From IMG/VR virus record IMGVR_UViG_3300020576_005251, positions 96,001 to 160,000 of that record: 64,000 bases of DNA; one strand, written 5' to 3'. Below the pieces are notes generated by a model. It did no database searches. It had not been told where the DNA came from and worked only from the letters and a program-made list of their open reading frames with translations. Shown piece by piece: positions 1-9,788 of this stretch. Source of the DNA: a virus. Taxonomy: Duplodnaviria; Caudoviricetes. Each line of letters starts with the position of its first letter. The stretch's first letter is position 1. Made by a program: the position numbers and the translations under genes.

Positions 1-81
1 GGACCTTTGCCACCTCACGAGCCTGGGTGATGAGCCCGGTGGTCTTGTCCGCGAACATCGGGCCGACGGTGAGGTGCAACA

Positions 82-453
82 TCAGAAGATCATGTCTTCG
101 TCGGTCCAGACCGAGTCCGGAACGGTGCAGGGGGTAGCGGAGACGACCGAGAGATTCACCACATCGAGTGGGGGGCCTCCGGGGGCGATGTGCAGGCCGT
201 CGGTCGACCCCACAGGATCGACGCGGATCCGTACGGCGTATTGCTGCGAGATGCTGCCTCCGCGCATGGCCAGGATGATCTCGGGCTCCATGTCGCGCAG
301 CATCGTCTGGAGGCGCGGTCTTCCGATGAGGAAGGGGCGCTGCAAGACCAACACCCCCTTGTCCTGAGAGTACGAGGCTGAGGAGATGAGGAGCTGCTTG
401 TCACCGCTCAGGACACGGCAGTCAGTAGGCAGGTTGAGCTGCGAGATCTTCAT
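82..453 (-). CDS. hypothetical protein, probably virion-associated
   Basis: ATG ORF, 123 aa, overlaps upstream stop (ATGA); in structural block. Confidence 0.55.
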   Translation of the reverse strand: MKISQLNLPTDCRVLSGDKQLLISSASYSQDKGVLVLQRPFLIGRPRLQTMLRDMEPEIILAMRGGSISQQYAVRIRVDPVGSTDGLHIAPGGPPLDVVNLSVVSATPCTVPDSVWTDEDMIF

Positions 454-782
454 CCCTCATGAGTACCATCGGAGCTGTTCCGTGACAACAGAAGCTCACC
501 TAGCGCGATGACATTCGCGATGAATGCCCGTGCGGCGGGCGGGTCCTGGTTGAGCAACGCTGTCACGTACTGGCCCGCATGCGCCATCAATGCGAGAGCT
601 ACTTCATGCGCTGCGACACCCTCGTAGCTCTGCGCCATGACCGCACGAGCCTCTACGAGAATGTCTTGGGGTCTCATCGAACAAACCGGGCAGCACGGGA
701 CAACCCGTCCGCACTGAAAAGGCGGGACGAAGAGATCCTCATGACACGTTGGGCAGGCTCCGAAGTGAACTTGGGCGAACAC
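450..782 (-). CDS. Zn-ribbon protein (CPTC...CPVC)
   Basis: Two CxxC pairs; start uncertain (GTG 782 chosen; ORF open to 971). Confidence 0.5.
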   Translation of the reverse strand: MFAQVHFGACPTCHEDLFVPPFQCGRVVPCCPVCSMRPQDILVEARAVMAQSYEGVAAHEVALALMAHAGQYVTALLNQDPPAARAFIANVIALGELLLSRNSSDGTHEG

Positions 783-801
783 AGAGGGAGTGTATCGGAG
801 C

Positions 802-1263
802 CTACCCGTGATGTCGATGGCGGCGATGATGGTGCACTGGCGGAGGTGCCTGCCCACCGCCCATCGCGTACTGCATGGCGGTGGGTTGTGTGTAGGCCAT
901 CGCGGGGTAGCGTTGCGCGTTGGCCTGCGCTTCGATTGCGTCTTGCCGCGCGCGCTCGGCCTCGAACGCATCGAAGGCCGCAGCGGCGCTCGGCAAGGTG
1001 CGATACAGGAACTCGCTCGCGGCCTCCTTGAGGAGCACCTGCGCCGCCTTCTCGCGCCCCTCGGCCCAGAGCTTCTGGCGAAGCTCCGAGCTCGTCCACG
1101 GGCGCTTCCTCTCGTGAGGCCACGCGTAGCTGATCACTTCGCGTGCGAGGCGGCGGTCCTTCTGGTAGAGGCGGCGCAGCGCAGCAAGACGCCCCTGCAA
1201 GTGCTCAGGGCTTTCGAGCTTATCCTGAAGCGAGAACTCATCAGGCCCCAGGAGCGCGCTCAC
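802..1263 (-). CDS. hypothetical protein
   Basis: 153 aa ORF coupled to upstream gene by GTGA overlap. Confidence 0.55.
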   Translation of the reverse strand: MSALLGPDEFSLQDKLESPEHLQGRLAALRRLYQKDRRLAREVISYAWPHERKRPWTSSELRQKLWAEGREKAAQVLLKEAASEFLYRTLPSAAAAFDAFEAERARQDAIEAQANAQRYPAMAYTQPTAMQYAMGGGQAPPPVHHHRRHRHHG

Positions 1264-2543
1264 AGGTGTCCCTCCGACGGCTGCATCTGGATGCGATCGA
1301 ACGCGCGCTCGGTCCCGTTGTGCCCCGCAACCATCACCTCACCCACGAGGAGCTTGGTAATGTCTGCGAACTTCTCGCTGCTCGACTTGAACCCGAGGGC
1401 CTGGAGCATCGCGAGCTTCCCCAAGGTCCGGTAGGACGCGCCCTTGTACGCCTGTCGCGTGCGTGCGAACTCGGGCGTGCTCATGGTCTGGCGCAGGAAG
1501 TCGGGAGTGATCATGGTGCCGGGTGCCGTCTGGAGCAGGTGCGCTCCGAGAGAGTTCGAGTTCCTTGTGGCGGCGAAACCCCCTCCTGGCTGCACGCGTG
1601 CTCCGAGCGCCGAGCGCGACACGAGATCCTTCTTCAGCGTCTGTTGCATCCCCGGGGCGCCCATGACCATGGCGCCCTGAGAACTACGCTGAACCGGAGT
1701 GATCGGACGGGGCGCAGGCTCATGGCTGACGGCAAGCGCCGGATGGTCGACACGAGGCTGGGCCGGAGGCGTAGAGCCACGTCCCGTAGCACCCGAAAGG
1801 GCTCCGATCGGGGGGTGTGGGCGCTCAGAAACCTGTGTCGTCTTCGCGGCAGGCGCCGGGGGCGGCGCAGCCAGGAAGTCATGGAGGCGCGGCAGTTGGG
1901 CGGGTGTCTGGGGCGCAGATGCCTGCGGCAGCTGCGCCGTCTTCACCTGCGACTGTGGGATCTGCGGCGACTGCGCGGTCGGCGCCCTCGGAGGCTGCGC
2001 CGCGATGAAGTCATGCAGGGGCGGGGGCTTCGGCACGGAGGGTCGCGGAGCAGTTGGCGCGGTAGGCGCCGCAGCGCGCCCCCGACCCAGCAGCCCCTTG
2101 AGCGAGTCCATGAAGCCCGCGTCCTTCTCCATTACGCCGTATTGCCCGAAGTCCAGGGTGTAGCGGGGCTTCTGGGTGGGGCGAAAGCGAAGCAGCTGGG
2201 CGGTGAGCTCGTCCATGTTCCGGTAGACCCTTCGATGCCAGATCTCCTGGCCATAGAGAGCATAGATCGTCTCGCGCTGCGCGTCTGTCACCCCGACGAG
2301 AAACTTGGTCTCGTCGAGGACCCCGTCCTTCAGCTTCTGAAAGCTCTCCAGGTGGCCGTTGGGGTCGTCCCCCACGAAGAAGTCCAAGCCCTCGCCGTCC
2401 TCCGCCTTGTGGCCCGGCAGGTAGCCGTAGTCCACCGGGTAAGTGAAGGTCTTGCTCGACCCATCCGGCCGCTTCCACGTCTTGACGGTGCCCTTGGGGC
2501 GGTCGATGGTGAAGCGGAGGGACTTGAAGGACTTGGTGCGCAC
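1260..2543 (-). CDS. inorganic pyrophosphatase-like domain protein with Pro/Ala-rich linker
   Basis: N-terminal TIDRPKG...YPVDYGYLPG...DGEGLDFFVG resembles the family I PPase-like domain seen in phage polyvalent proteins. Confidence 0.7.
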   Translation of the reverse strand: MRTKSFKSLRFTIDRPKGTVKTWKRPDGSSKTFTYPVDYGYLPGHKAEDGEGLDFFVGDDPNGHLESFQKLKDGVLDETKFLVGVTDAQRETIYALYGQEIWHRRVYRNMDELTAQLLRFRPTQKPRYTLDFGQYGVMEKDAGFMDSLKGLLGRGRAAAPTAPTAPRPSVPKPPPLHDFIAAQPPRAPTAQSPQIPQSQVKTAQLPQASAPQTPAQLPRLHDFLAAPPPAPAAKTTQVSERPHPPIGALSGATGRGSTPPAQPRVDHPALAVSHEPAPRPITPVQRSSQGAMVMGAPGMQQTLKKDLVSRSALGARVQPGGGFAATRNSNSLGAHLLQTAPGTMITPDFLRQTMSTPEFARTRQAYKGASYRTLGKLAMLQALGFKSSSEKFADITKLLVGEVMVAGHNGTERAFDRIQMQPSEGHL

Positions 2544-2548
2544 AGAGG

Positions 2549-3334
2549 CTAAAACTCCCAGTGGGTGTTGTGATCCAGCAACGCTTGGTCGAACTCTTCC
2601 GGGGACAGTTCAAGCGGGTTGACACGTCGCACAGGGGCTGCACTGGGTGCGGCAGGGGGCGAAGGGGGCGAAGGGGGCAGAACCACCTCGTGTGGCGCAA
2701 CTTTCAGCGTGCTCGGGACCCCCAAGGTGTCGAGCGCCTTCTGCTGCCCCGCCTGTCGCGCCTCCTGCAACTTATCCGAGCGCCCATCGCGCCACCCAGC
2801 CCCAACTGTGGCGCCGATGGCCCCACCAAGAAGCGCGTGTCCTGCTGCGTAACGCCACGGGTCTTCATCATCCCTGTGGCGATAATAGCCGAGAGCTGCT
2901 CCGCCTAAGGCGCCCACACCACCCCCGATCAGTGGTGCGGAGGCGAGCTTGGTCCATAGGGAGTGCCACGCGTTCTTCTCCATCTTCTTGATCCTCGACT
3001 CCACGAAATTCTCCGGGGGAGGAGGGTCAGTCAGGTGGTGGTAGGCCCCATAAGCTAGCCCCCCGAGACCGGCGATGGATGCGGCGGCACCGAGGCGGGC
3101 GTAGGGGTAGCCGTGGCGTTTGATGATCGAAGTAGGGGTAGCCGCACCCACTAGAAACGAACCGAGGCGTGGATGGAGAGTCGCCAGAGACGCACCCGCC
3201 GACACAACAGGGCCTCGACTCCCACGAAAGTACGGATACACCTCCTGCAAGTGATCCCATCGAGCCCCCCACGAAGGGATACTCTCACGCCGAGCCCGCG
3301 CCTCTCCCAGAAGAACATCCCACTCTGAACTCAT
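2549..3334 (-). CDS. Gly-zipper membrane-type protein, putative virion internal protein
   Basis: GxxxG hydrophobic segments (GGGVGALGGAALGYY; LLGGAIGATVGAG); KxA motifs. Confidence 0.6.
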   Translation of the reverse strand: MSSEWDVLLGEARARRESIPSWGARWDHLQEVYPYFRGSRGPVVSAGASLATLHPRLGSFLVGAATPTSIIKRHGYPYARLGAAASIAGLGGLAYGAYHHLTDPPPPENFVESRIKKMEKNAWHSLWTKLASAPLIGGGVGALGGAALGYYRHRDDEDPWRYAAGHALLGGAIGATVGAGWRDGRSDKLQEARQAGQQKALDTLGVPSTLKVAPHEVVLPPSPPSPPAAPSAAPVRRVNPLELSPEEFDQALLDHNTHWEF

Positions 3335-3356
3335 CGATCTCTCCTCACGTCCATCC

Positions 3357-3569
3357 TCACGTCTCCAATACGTCGTACGCCTGTCGCCAGAGGAGCTCGT
3401 TGCCCTTCTTCTCCAGCTTCCGAATCTGCCCTTCCACGAAGCTCTTCTCTTTGGCCGTCACTGGGCGCGACTTCCCATCTGGGTCGACAGCTTCTCGCAC
3501 ACCGCAAGCGCAGTAGCGAAAGGTGTCGCCGGGGACGTAGAAGTAGGTCCAGTGGTGAGAGTGGCTCAT
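3357..3569 (-). CDS. small hypothetical protein (His/Cys motif)
   Basis: 70 aa, ATGA overlap. Confidence 0.5.
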   Translation of the reverse strand: MSHSHHWTYFYVPGDTFRYCACGVREAVDPDGKSRPVTAKEKSFVEGQIRKLEKKGNELLWRQAYDVLET

Positions 3570-4063
3570 CGGCCCACGTAGTAGTTGTTGATCAGCGCAT
3601 ACCCCGACGACAGCCCGCCGTACACCGCTTCCATATTGCGCTGCGTCTTGATCCCGCGCGCGAACTGGTCGAACTGGGCCATCAGAAACTGCGCCGCCGA
3701 GAGATAGGGGTTGTGCTTGTCATCCAGCCCCACCGGCACCACACCCGTCGCCTGACCTGACGCCTGATTGCGCAGCTGACGCATCGACTCGCTGGTGAGA
3801 AGGTGCGCCGCAGTGCCATAGAAGATGATCGCGCGAGGGATCATGTCCTGCGTCAGATTCGTGTACGGAGTCATCGCGTTGTAGCGATCCGTACACATCC
3901 GAATCCCTTGGTCGATGTCGTCGTCCGAGAACTCCACGCCGTCGAGCAGTGAGTTGATCACGCCCGTCTTCGGGACATACCCCGAGGGGTAGTCGCGCAG
4001 CCAGCGACGGATCTCGTCGCGCGTGATCATTCTCACGCGCGTCGGTGTGGCGATGACCGGCAT
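3566..4063 (-). CDS. putative head-tail adaptor/neck protein
   Basis: 165 aa helical protein (IRRWLRD...EFSDDDI...QLRNQ) resembling large-phage neck proteins; inferred from pattern and context. Confidence 0.5.
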   Translation of the reverse strand: MPVIATPTRVRMITRDEIRRWLRDYPSGYVPKTGVINSLLDGVEFSDDDIDQGIRMCTDRYNAMTPYTNLTQDMIPRAIIFYGTAAHLLTSESMRQLRNQASGQATGVVPVGLDDKHNPYLSAAQFLMAQFDQFARGIKTQRNMEAVYGGLSSGYALINNYYVGR

Positions 4064-4332
4064 CAGAAGCTCGGGATTCCGTAGCGGCGGTAGGCGTCGG
4101 CGCGGCCCTGCTCGTAAGAAGAAACAGGGGGAGGGAGAAGGTCGTCGGGGGTCAGCGCGAGGGACGCCTGCTTGGGCTCTTCCGGGTTGTGGTAGTCGTC
4201 CACCAGCTTGTGTACGCCGTATCCGAGCGCCGCCAGGGCGCTGGTGCCGAGCGTCGCGAGCGCGAGGCGCGCGGGGAGCGACATCTTGGAGGGCGTAGGG
4301 ACCGAGGGGTTGAAGTTCAGTGCGGTGTCCAT
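4063..4332 (-). CDS. small membrane protein
   Basis: One hydrophobic helix LALATLGTSALAALGYGV. Confidence 0.6.
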   Translation of the reverse strand: MDTALNFNPSVPTPSKMSLPARLALATLGTSALAALGYGVHKLVDDYHNPEEPKQASLALTPDDLLPPPVSSYEQGRADAYRRYGIPSF

Positions 4333-4338
4333 GGTTCC

Positions 4339-5115
4339 TCAGCGGTTGTCTCGGCGAACATCCATGCGAACGATACCTGCAAGCGCGACGCTCGTCACGA
4401 CCTGGAGCGCCCAGCCGCGCGGGACCAAGAGCTCGATGTCTGAGATCGAGAAGTCGGGCTTGGCGTTCGAGAGGCCGTCGTAGACGAACAGGGGAATCGC
4501 TTCCGCCGTGATCGGTTCAAACGCCTCGTTGAGCGGGACGCGTGAGATCGTCAGCGTCGGCGTGCCCGAGGCGATGGTGAACTTGGTCTCGATCTGACGG
4601 ACCTGAACCGACGCGTCCTGCTCGAAGTGGAACAGGCCAAAGTTGGTGTTGACGAGCCCCCAGCGGAACACGTCGGGAGAGGTCGTCGGGTTGACCCCGG
4701 ATGCCAGGGCGGTCGCGGTGACCGCAGACACGATCCCGGTGCCGTCGCCGCCTGCCGCCGCACCAATGGGCAACGGGTACTCGGTGAACGCGTTGAGGGC
4801 CGCAGCCACCTCCGCCGCCGTTGCGAGGATGCCGCCGCTGGAGCCGCGCCGAAGCGTCACGCGGATGGCTGAGCCAATCTGCTGGACGGTGGTCGCGGTG
4901 ACGGTGTTACCGAGGCCCCGGTCGATGAGTTCGATGGTCAGCGCGTTCGACGGGGTGCCGTAGAGCTTCGAGGCCACCCGCACCACCGCATTCGGATCCG
5001 CGTTGGTCAGCGTGAGCTTCGCGCGACCGTAGTCCGCGCCCGTGAACCCCCCTGTGCCGCTGGCCTGCTGGGAGACGACGAAGTTGATGCCGAGGGGTAC
5101 GGGGTACATCCCCAC
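4339..5115 (-). CDS. putative structural protein, paralog of 7899-8648
   Basis: Thr/Ala/Gly-rich beta-type protein with ATAAEVAAALNA segment; shares GxFTG and PxGW motifs with 7899-8648. Confidence 0.6.
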   Translation of the reverse strand: MGMYPVPLGINFVVSQQASGTGGFTGADYGRAKLTLTNADPNAVVRVASKLYGTPSNALTIELIDRGLGNTVTATTVQQIGSAIRVTLRRGSSGGILATAAEVAAALNAFTEYPLPIGAAAGGDGTGIVSAVTATALASGVNPTTSPDVFRWGLVNTNFGLFHFEQDASVQVRQIETKFTIASGTPTLTISRVPLNEAFEPITAEAIPLFVYDGLSNAKPDFSISDIELLVPRGWALQVVTSVALAGIVRMDVRRDNR

Positions 5116-5142
5116 AAGGATACGCCGTATTACCCTAACCTC

Positions 5143-5838
5143 GTGCTCACCAGTAGGCCGCTACCTCCCGTCACGGCTGCGCCCATCGGACCCGCCAGCG
5201 GGGACCTGGGCGGCACCTACCCAGGTCCGACCGTCACGAGCGGTGCGAACCACACGCATGCAGCTACGCAGATCGCCAGCGGCACCCTTGCGGTGGAGCG
5301 CGGAGGCACGAGCGGCACCACCGCTGCGGAGGCGCGCACGGCGCTCGGGGCGGCGGCTGCGTCCCACACACACGGCGCCTCCGACATTGCGAGCGGCACA
5401 CTCGCGGTGGCGCGCGGTGGCACAGGCAGCGCGAACGCCGCTGATGCGCGGGCGGCGTTGGGTGTGCAGGATGGGCCACGATTGATCCCGCTTGCGTCCT
5501 ATTCCGATACCGTGTCGACGGTAGACGTTGCCGTCGGGGGCACACGATTCGACCCGGCGGACTACGCGCGGTCGGGCCTCACCACGGTGCTCACCCTCGA
5601 CGCGATCGGACAGGCCGTAAGCGGCGTCACGGGGACGCTCACGCTGCGCAACCTCACCGACTCGATTGATGCTACGACGCCAATCGAATGGACCGAGACC
5701 AGCGCCACACGTAAGACCGCATCAGTGACGCTACCGGACGCCGCGAAGGTCTACGAGCTGAGGTTCAAGAAGAGCGGCGGCAGCGTCTCTGACTATGCAG
5801 TGATCCTCGCCGCCAACCTCCGTATCACCTGGAGCTGA
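5143..5838 (+). CDS. tail-fibre-like protein
   Basis: Two HTHxAxxIASGTLAVxRGGT...AR.ALG repeats typical of fibre shafts; GDLGGTYPGPTV motif. Confidence 0.7.
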   Translation: MLTSRPLPPVTAAPIGPASGDLGGTYPGPTVTSGANHTHAATQIASGTLAVERGGTSGTTAAEARTALGAAAASHTHGASDIASGTLAVARGGTGSANAADARAALGVQDGPRLIPLASYSDTVSTVDVAVGGTRFDPADYARSGLTTVLTLDAIGQAVSGVTGTLTLRNLTDSIDATTPIEWTETSATRKTASVTLPDAAKVYELRFKKSGGSVSDYAVILAANLRITWS

Positions 5839-5840
5839 GC

Positions 5841-6794
5841 ATGGCCACGAACACCGATGTTTCGTCCCCCGCGAGCGGCACCGCCGCGATCTTCTCCCTG
5901 CTCACAACGCTCTGCGCCGCGGGCTGGATCGTCAAGCGCTGGAGCGACGCCACCACGCTGAGCAGCGACAACGTCGACCTCACGACCAACCCCTACGGCA
6001 GCGCGTCGAGCGGCGCGGGCAACCTCGGGAACACGTCGGCGTGGTTCCGCGTGGCCGCAGGCGACGCCTCGCGCGAGTGGCTCTTTCAGCGTGGCTCGGG
6101 TGATGCGACGTGGACCATCTCGCGCTCGAAGGCGGGGTTCACCGGGGGCTCCCCGAACGCCACGACCGTGGGCACCGCGACCGATGCGACGGCGCTTTTC
6201 AGCGCGGCGTCGGCGTTCAGCGCCACGCCCGGGCGGTGGTTCATCTCGGTGGACACGGTCACCTATGGGTGGACGGCCTACGCGATCACGCTCGGCGGCG
6301 GCAACGTGCTCACGTTCCTCGCCGATGAGCCCCTCCTCACCGGCAGCAGCGCGGCCGAGGACACCGACCCTTACCTGTGGCTCGGGTACTACAACCCGAC
6401 GGGACTCGCGGCGACGGGCGCGTTCATCGTCAACCTCAGTTCCACGACGCTCGGGTACAAGCGGTGGGTCACCGCGGCGTCGAACCAGCGCATCTGCTAC
6501 GGTATGGTGTTTGATAGCTACGCGGGCGCCCAGGCCGCGCCCGCGATCGGCACCACCGGCGGGCAGATGGGTCAGACCGCCATCGGCGCGAAGGAAGTCC
6601 CCATCCCGATCAACGTGTTCCGCAACGCGGCTGCGGCCACGTCGACGGGGTGGGCGGGCATCACGAGCCGCCACCGCTGGTGCACCGTGGGCGGGCGCGC
6701 GAACGGCGACAAACTCGTGAGCGGCGCCGACAACTGGCTGTACGCCGCGGGTCTGTGGGTCAAGTGGGACTCTTCGACGCCGACGCTGAGCTGA
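5841..6794 (+). CDS. putative virion/tail-associated protein
   Basis: 317 aa, Thr/Ser/Gly/Trp-rich; follows the fibre gene. Confidence 0.6.
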   Translation: MATNTDVSSPASGTAAIFSLLTTLCAAGWIVKRWSDATTLSSDNVDLTTNPYGSASSGAGNLGNTSAWFRVAAGDASREWLFQRGSGDATWTISRSKAGFTGGSPNATTVGTATDATALFSAASAFSATPGRWFISVDTVTYGWTAYAITLGGGNVLTFLADEPLLTGSSAAEDTDPYLWLGYYNPTGLAATGAFIVNLSSTTLGYKRWVTAASNQRICYGMVFDSYAGAQAAPAIGTTGGQMGQTAIGAKEVPIPINVFRNAAAATSTGWAGITSRHRWCTVGGRANGDKLVSGADNWLYAAGLWVKWDSSTPTLS

Positions 6795-6801
6795 GGGCGC
6801 C

Positions 6802-7008
6802 ATGGCAGTCCTTGACGCCTTCGTGGTCCCCGACCCGTCGCCTGTGTTCGCCGCAAAGCGCGCCGGGCGGCGTAATGGGTTCGTCGCTGAGCAGAGCAGC
6901 ACCGTGACCTACTACTACTACCGCACCAGCGGCGGCACACGCGGCAGCACCACCGACCTCGGCGCGATCCCCGCGCTCGCGGTCATTGAGCGGACGTCGA
7001 CGACGTAA
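6802..7008 (+). CDS. small hypothetical protein
   Basis: GAGG RBS plus ATG; third gene of the + cassette. Confidence 0.55.
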   Translation: MAVLDAFVVPDPSPVFAAKRAGRRNGFVAEQSSTVTYYYYRTSGGTRGSTTDLGAIPALAVIERTSTT

Positions 7009-7064
7009 GTCAGGGCGCAACGCTACTCCTACTGGGGCTGAGCGCGAACGCATCGTCCGGTAGC

Positions 7065-7655
7065 TCAGGGCTTCAATCTCGGCACATTGACACCCAGCGG
7101 ACGGGGCGGCGGAGGGGGTGGTGTGGTGGGCACCGGGTCCGTCGCTGCGCGAGGCGGAGCGCCTTGCCTGCCGTGTAGGTACGACACGCTCGTCTGCAAC
7201 TCGCGCAGGGCGTCCAAGATGGCTTCTTGGAACTTCCGGTTCTCTTTCGCCTGCTCCTCCAACATCCGACGCTGTTCGGCAATCTGTCCATTGAGCGCGT
7301 CGGCGCTCGTCGAGACCCGGTTCTGGATCTCACGGTGAATGAGCCCGTCGTCCCGATGGATGTGGCTGTCCAACACCCCCTCGGTGTAGGTCTTCCGCTC
7401 CTGTTGGATATCCGGAGAGCGATACCAACTTTCGACGGTCTTCTGTGTCTCCACCTGTCGCGAAGACGCCTGATCTTTGTGCGTGTACCACGTGTTGAGG
7501 GTGTTCAAGAACATGGGTTCAACGAACTTTACGTAGAACCCGCGTACGAACAACGACGCCAAGCCAGTCGCCGTTAGCACGACGACGATCCCTTGGGTGA
7601 GCAGCTTGATCGGATCCGTCGGCTGACCGTCGGCCAAGAGGGTGAGGAGGTCCAT
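7065..7655 (-). CDS. membrane protein with coiled coil
   Basis: N-terminal TM helix, coiled coil, Pro-rich tail; start MDLL chosen. Confidence 0.6.
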   Translation of the reverse strand: MDLLTLLADGQPTDPIKLLTQGIVVVLTATGLASLFVRGFYVKFVEPMFLNTLNTWYTHKDQASSRQVETQKTVESWYRSPDIQQERKTYTEGVLDSHIHRDDGLIHREIQNRVSTSADALNGQIAEQRRMLEEQAKENRKFQEAILDALRELQTSVSYLHGRQGAPPRAATDPVPTTPPPPPPRPLGVNVPRLKP

Positions 7656-7898
7656 CACCCTAGAGTATATGATCAAACGCAGTCGATCACTGCTTCGTAG
7701 CGGCACACCCCGCCACCCCACACTGTGATCCGAACTTCGGACCAACCGCGTGCGCGAACCTTCAGGTCGTCGACGGCCTGTGCCAGCGTGTACCGATCCT
7801 CGTCGTAGTGTGCGACCACACTGCCCTGGCGTGAATGCGCGCTACCTCGGAGTGTTCTCATCCTCGAAGCGTAGATCCGCGTAGCGAGTGTGGGTAGG

Positions 7899-8648
7899 TC
7901 AGGGGGCGAGGCGGCGGACGCTAGCGGTGATCGAGCCGGTGGTGTTCGCCACGAAAGACAGACCCCAGCCGGGCGGGATGACGGCCGAGGCGGCGGTGTG
8001 TCCCCGTTGAGCGGTCCCAGAAGCCAATACGGCGTACTGCTGAACCCTACGGTCGGGCGCGAGTCGCACGAGCCTGAGCTCCCAGGCCACCGATCCCGCC
8101 AGCGAGAAGAAGAACGAGGTCAGTGTGATCGGAAAGGGGGCGTCGAAGCAGATCAGCCCCGCGTCGACATCCTCAGCGTAAAACGAAGGCCCTGACGTGA
8201 GGTAGTCAGGCTCAAGCCCGCCTGAGAAGGTCCCGGATCCCGCGACAGGTGCGTCCGAACCATCACCCAGGTGAGACACGCCGATGTTGAAGTGCGCGAG
8301 GGCCGTCGCCGCCTCACGGCTCTCGTAGGCGCGGCGACACAGAGCAGCGAAAGCCGCTGCGCACTCCTCCGACGTGTCTCCTGCCGTGGGGGTGTAGCGA
8401 ATGGCCTTCGCCGCGTTCGAGACACGTGACGCCTCCAGCTCGACGCGTGCGAGCGCGGCAGGCGCCTTGACTTGCCACGTCATGCCGTTCATGTGCGAGC
8501 CGAGCTGCCACGCCGTCGCGCTCAGTCCCGCATCCCCGGAGCCCACGGAGGCGCTTGCGCGGCCGAGCTCGGCCACCCCAGTGAACGTGCCCGAGCCGTC
8601 GATCTCCTGCGTGAGGGACGCCCCGGCCGTGAAGTCGTGGTTGATCAT
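7899..8648 (-). CDS. putative structural protein, paralog of 4339-5115
   Basis: GSGTFTG near N-terminus, VIPPGWGL near C-terminus. Confidence 0.6.
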   Translation of the reverse strand: MINHDFTAGASLTQEIDGSGTFTGVAELGRASASVGSGDAGLSATAWQLGSHMNGMTWQVKAPAALARVELEASRVSNAAKAIRYTPTAGDTSEECAAAFAALCRRAYESREAATALAHFNIGVSHLGDGSDAPVAGSGTFSGGLEPDYLTSGPSFYAEDVDAGLICFDAPFPITLTSFFFSLAGSVAWELRLVRLAPDRRVQQYAVLASGTAQRGHTAASAVIPPGWGLSFVANTTGSITASVRRLAP

Positions 8649-8663
8649 GGAAGAAGTGTAGCG

Positions 8664-9212
8664 TCAGCCGCCGTCAGGCCGCCACACTCTACGGAACTCC
8701 ATCAGGTCGAGCTCGGTGGGGCTGTCTGTGAACCGGACCGGGGCCAGCGGATCGGAGTCCTCTCCCAGGATGGGGTTCATGAGCGCGTCGCCGAAGCCGA
8801 TGGTGGAACAGTCTGAAGCCTCCCCCGCGTACTTGCAGACGTGCGACATCCCCAGCACGTGTCCGATCTCGTGGCCGACGGTGGTTCGAAACGCGGTGTC
8901 TCCTTGGGTACATACGGGATCGATCTCGGCGAGCCGAGTCCCGAGGAAGTGTCGCCCCGCCCCGGTCAGCTCGCAGTTCTGCGAATCGAAGCGCCGCACG
9001 ATGACGCGCGCGGTGGATCCGAAGTTGGTCTCGACGAAGCGCGGGCCCAGGCGGTTCATGGTGAGGATCTGGTCACGGATCCGCCGCTTGTCGAGGTCGA
9101 GCCACTCGGAGCTGATGTACACGGACACCTCTCCGTAGAGGGTGGGGTTGTACTGCGTGGGAGACTCGCAGGAGGCGAGAGCGAGGAGAGCGAGGAGTAG
9201 GAGCGCGCGCAT
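8664..9212 (-). CDS. lipoprotein metzincin (matrixin-like) Zn metalloprotease
   Basis: Lipobox LALASC; HEIGHVLGMSH zinc motif; Met-turn ALMNP. Confidence 0.85.
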   Translation of the reverse strand: MRALLLLALLALASCESPTQYNPTLYGEVSVYISSEWLDLDKRRIRDQILTMNRLGPRFVETNFGSTARVIVRRFDSQNCELTGAGRHFLGTRLAEIDPVCTQGDTAFRTTVGHEIGHVLGMSHVCKYAGEASDCSTIGFGDALMNPILGEDSDPLAPVRFTDSPTELDLMEFRRVWRPDGG

Positions 9213-9233
9213 CTGGAGGTCCTTCGTTGATGG

Positions 9234-9260
9234 CCAAAAGAAACGCCATGGGGGCGTTTC
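9234..9260 (-). terminator. intrinsic terminator
   Basis: Minus strand GAAACGCC-loop-GGCGTTTC followed by TTTT. Confidence 0.55.
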
Positions 9261-9287
9261 CCGGAGTCTAGCACTCCGTGAGAGGGT

Positions 9288-9788
9288 TCAGGGGTCGGGG
9301 AGTTCGAGGAGCGGCGAGTTGTGCCGGTTGAAGGTGACCGTGAGCACGAGTGGTGCCTTCTCCGCGTCAGCAACCGTCACGACGAGCATCAGGTAGCCCG
9401 TGTCCACCCCTCGACCCGGAGCGCACTTGTACGCCGTCCTCGACAACGGGGCATCGTTGTCTGGACTCACGACACCCGCTTGGTAGTCGTTGTCGACGCT
9501 GTGGGAGTACAGGTGCGCCACGTGAGAGCCCCTGACGGGTGACGACGGGTCATATGGCCACTCAAGGGTCACCCCTCTCAGCGGGTTGTTCGTACCGGGA
9601 GCGATGTACTTGTCCACCACGCCGTAGATGTCCGCGGGGATGCGGAACCGAAACACACCTCCCTCCCCGGCTCGGGTTTGTACGAGCCCGAGCTCGGGGT
9701 CGCGCTTCGCCGCCACCCACGTAGCCAGCGCTGCAAGGTCGTTGGGCCCAAGATCCCGAGTGCGCTTGTGCAGATCCTTCCTTCTCAC
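9288..9788 (-). CDS. hypothetical protein
   Basis: GGAGG RBS then GTG at 9788. Confidence 0.55.
   Translation of the reverse strand: MRRKDLHKRTRDLGPNDLAALATWVAAKRDPELGLVQTRAGEGGVFRFRIPADIYGVVDKYIAPGTNNPLRGVTLEWPYDPSSPVRGSHVAHLYSHSVDNDYQAGVVSPDNDAPLSRTAYKCAPGRGVDTGYLMLVVTVADAEKAPLVLTVTFNRHNSPLLELPDP

Noticed and set aside
5248-5465. ~102-bp internal repeat in the tail-fibre gene
   Set aside because: Normal fibre shaft repeat, explained by the protein.
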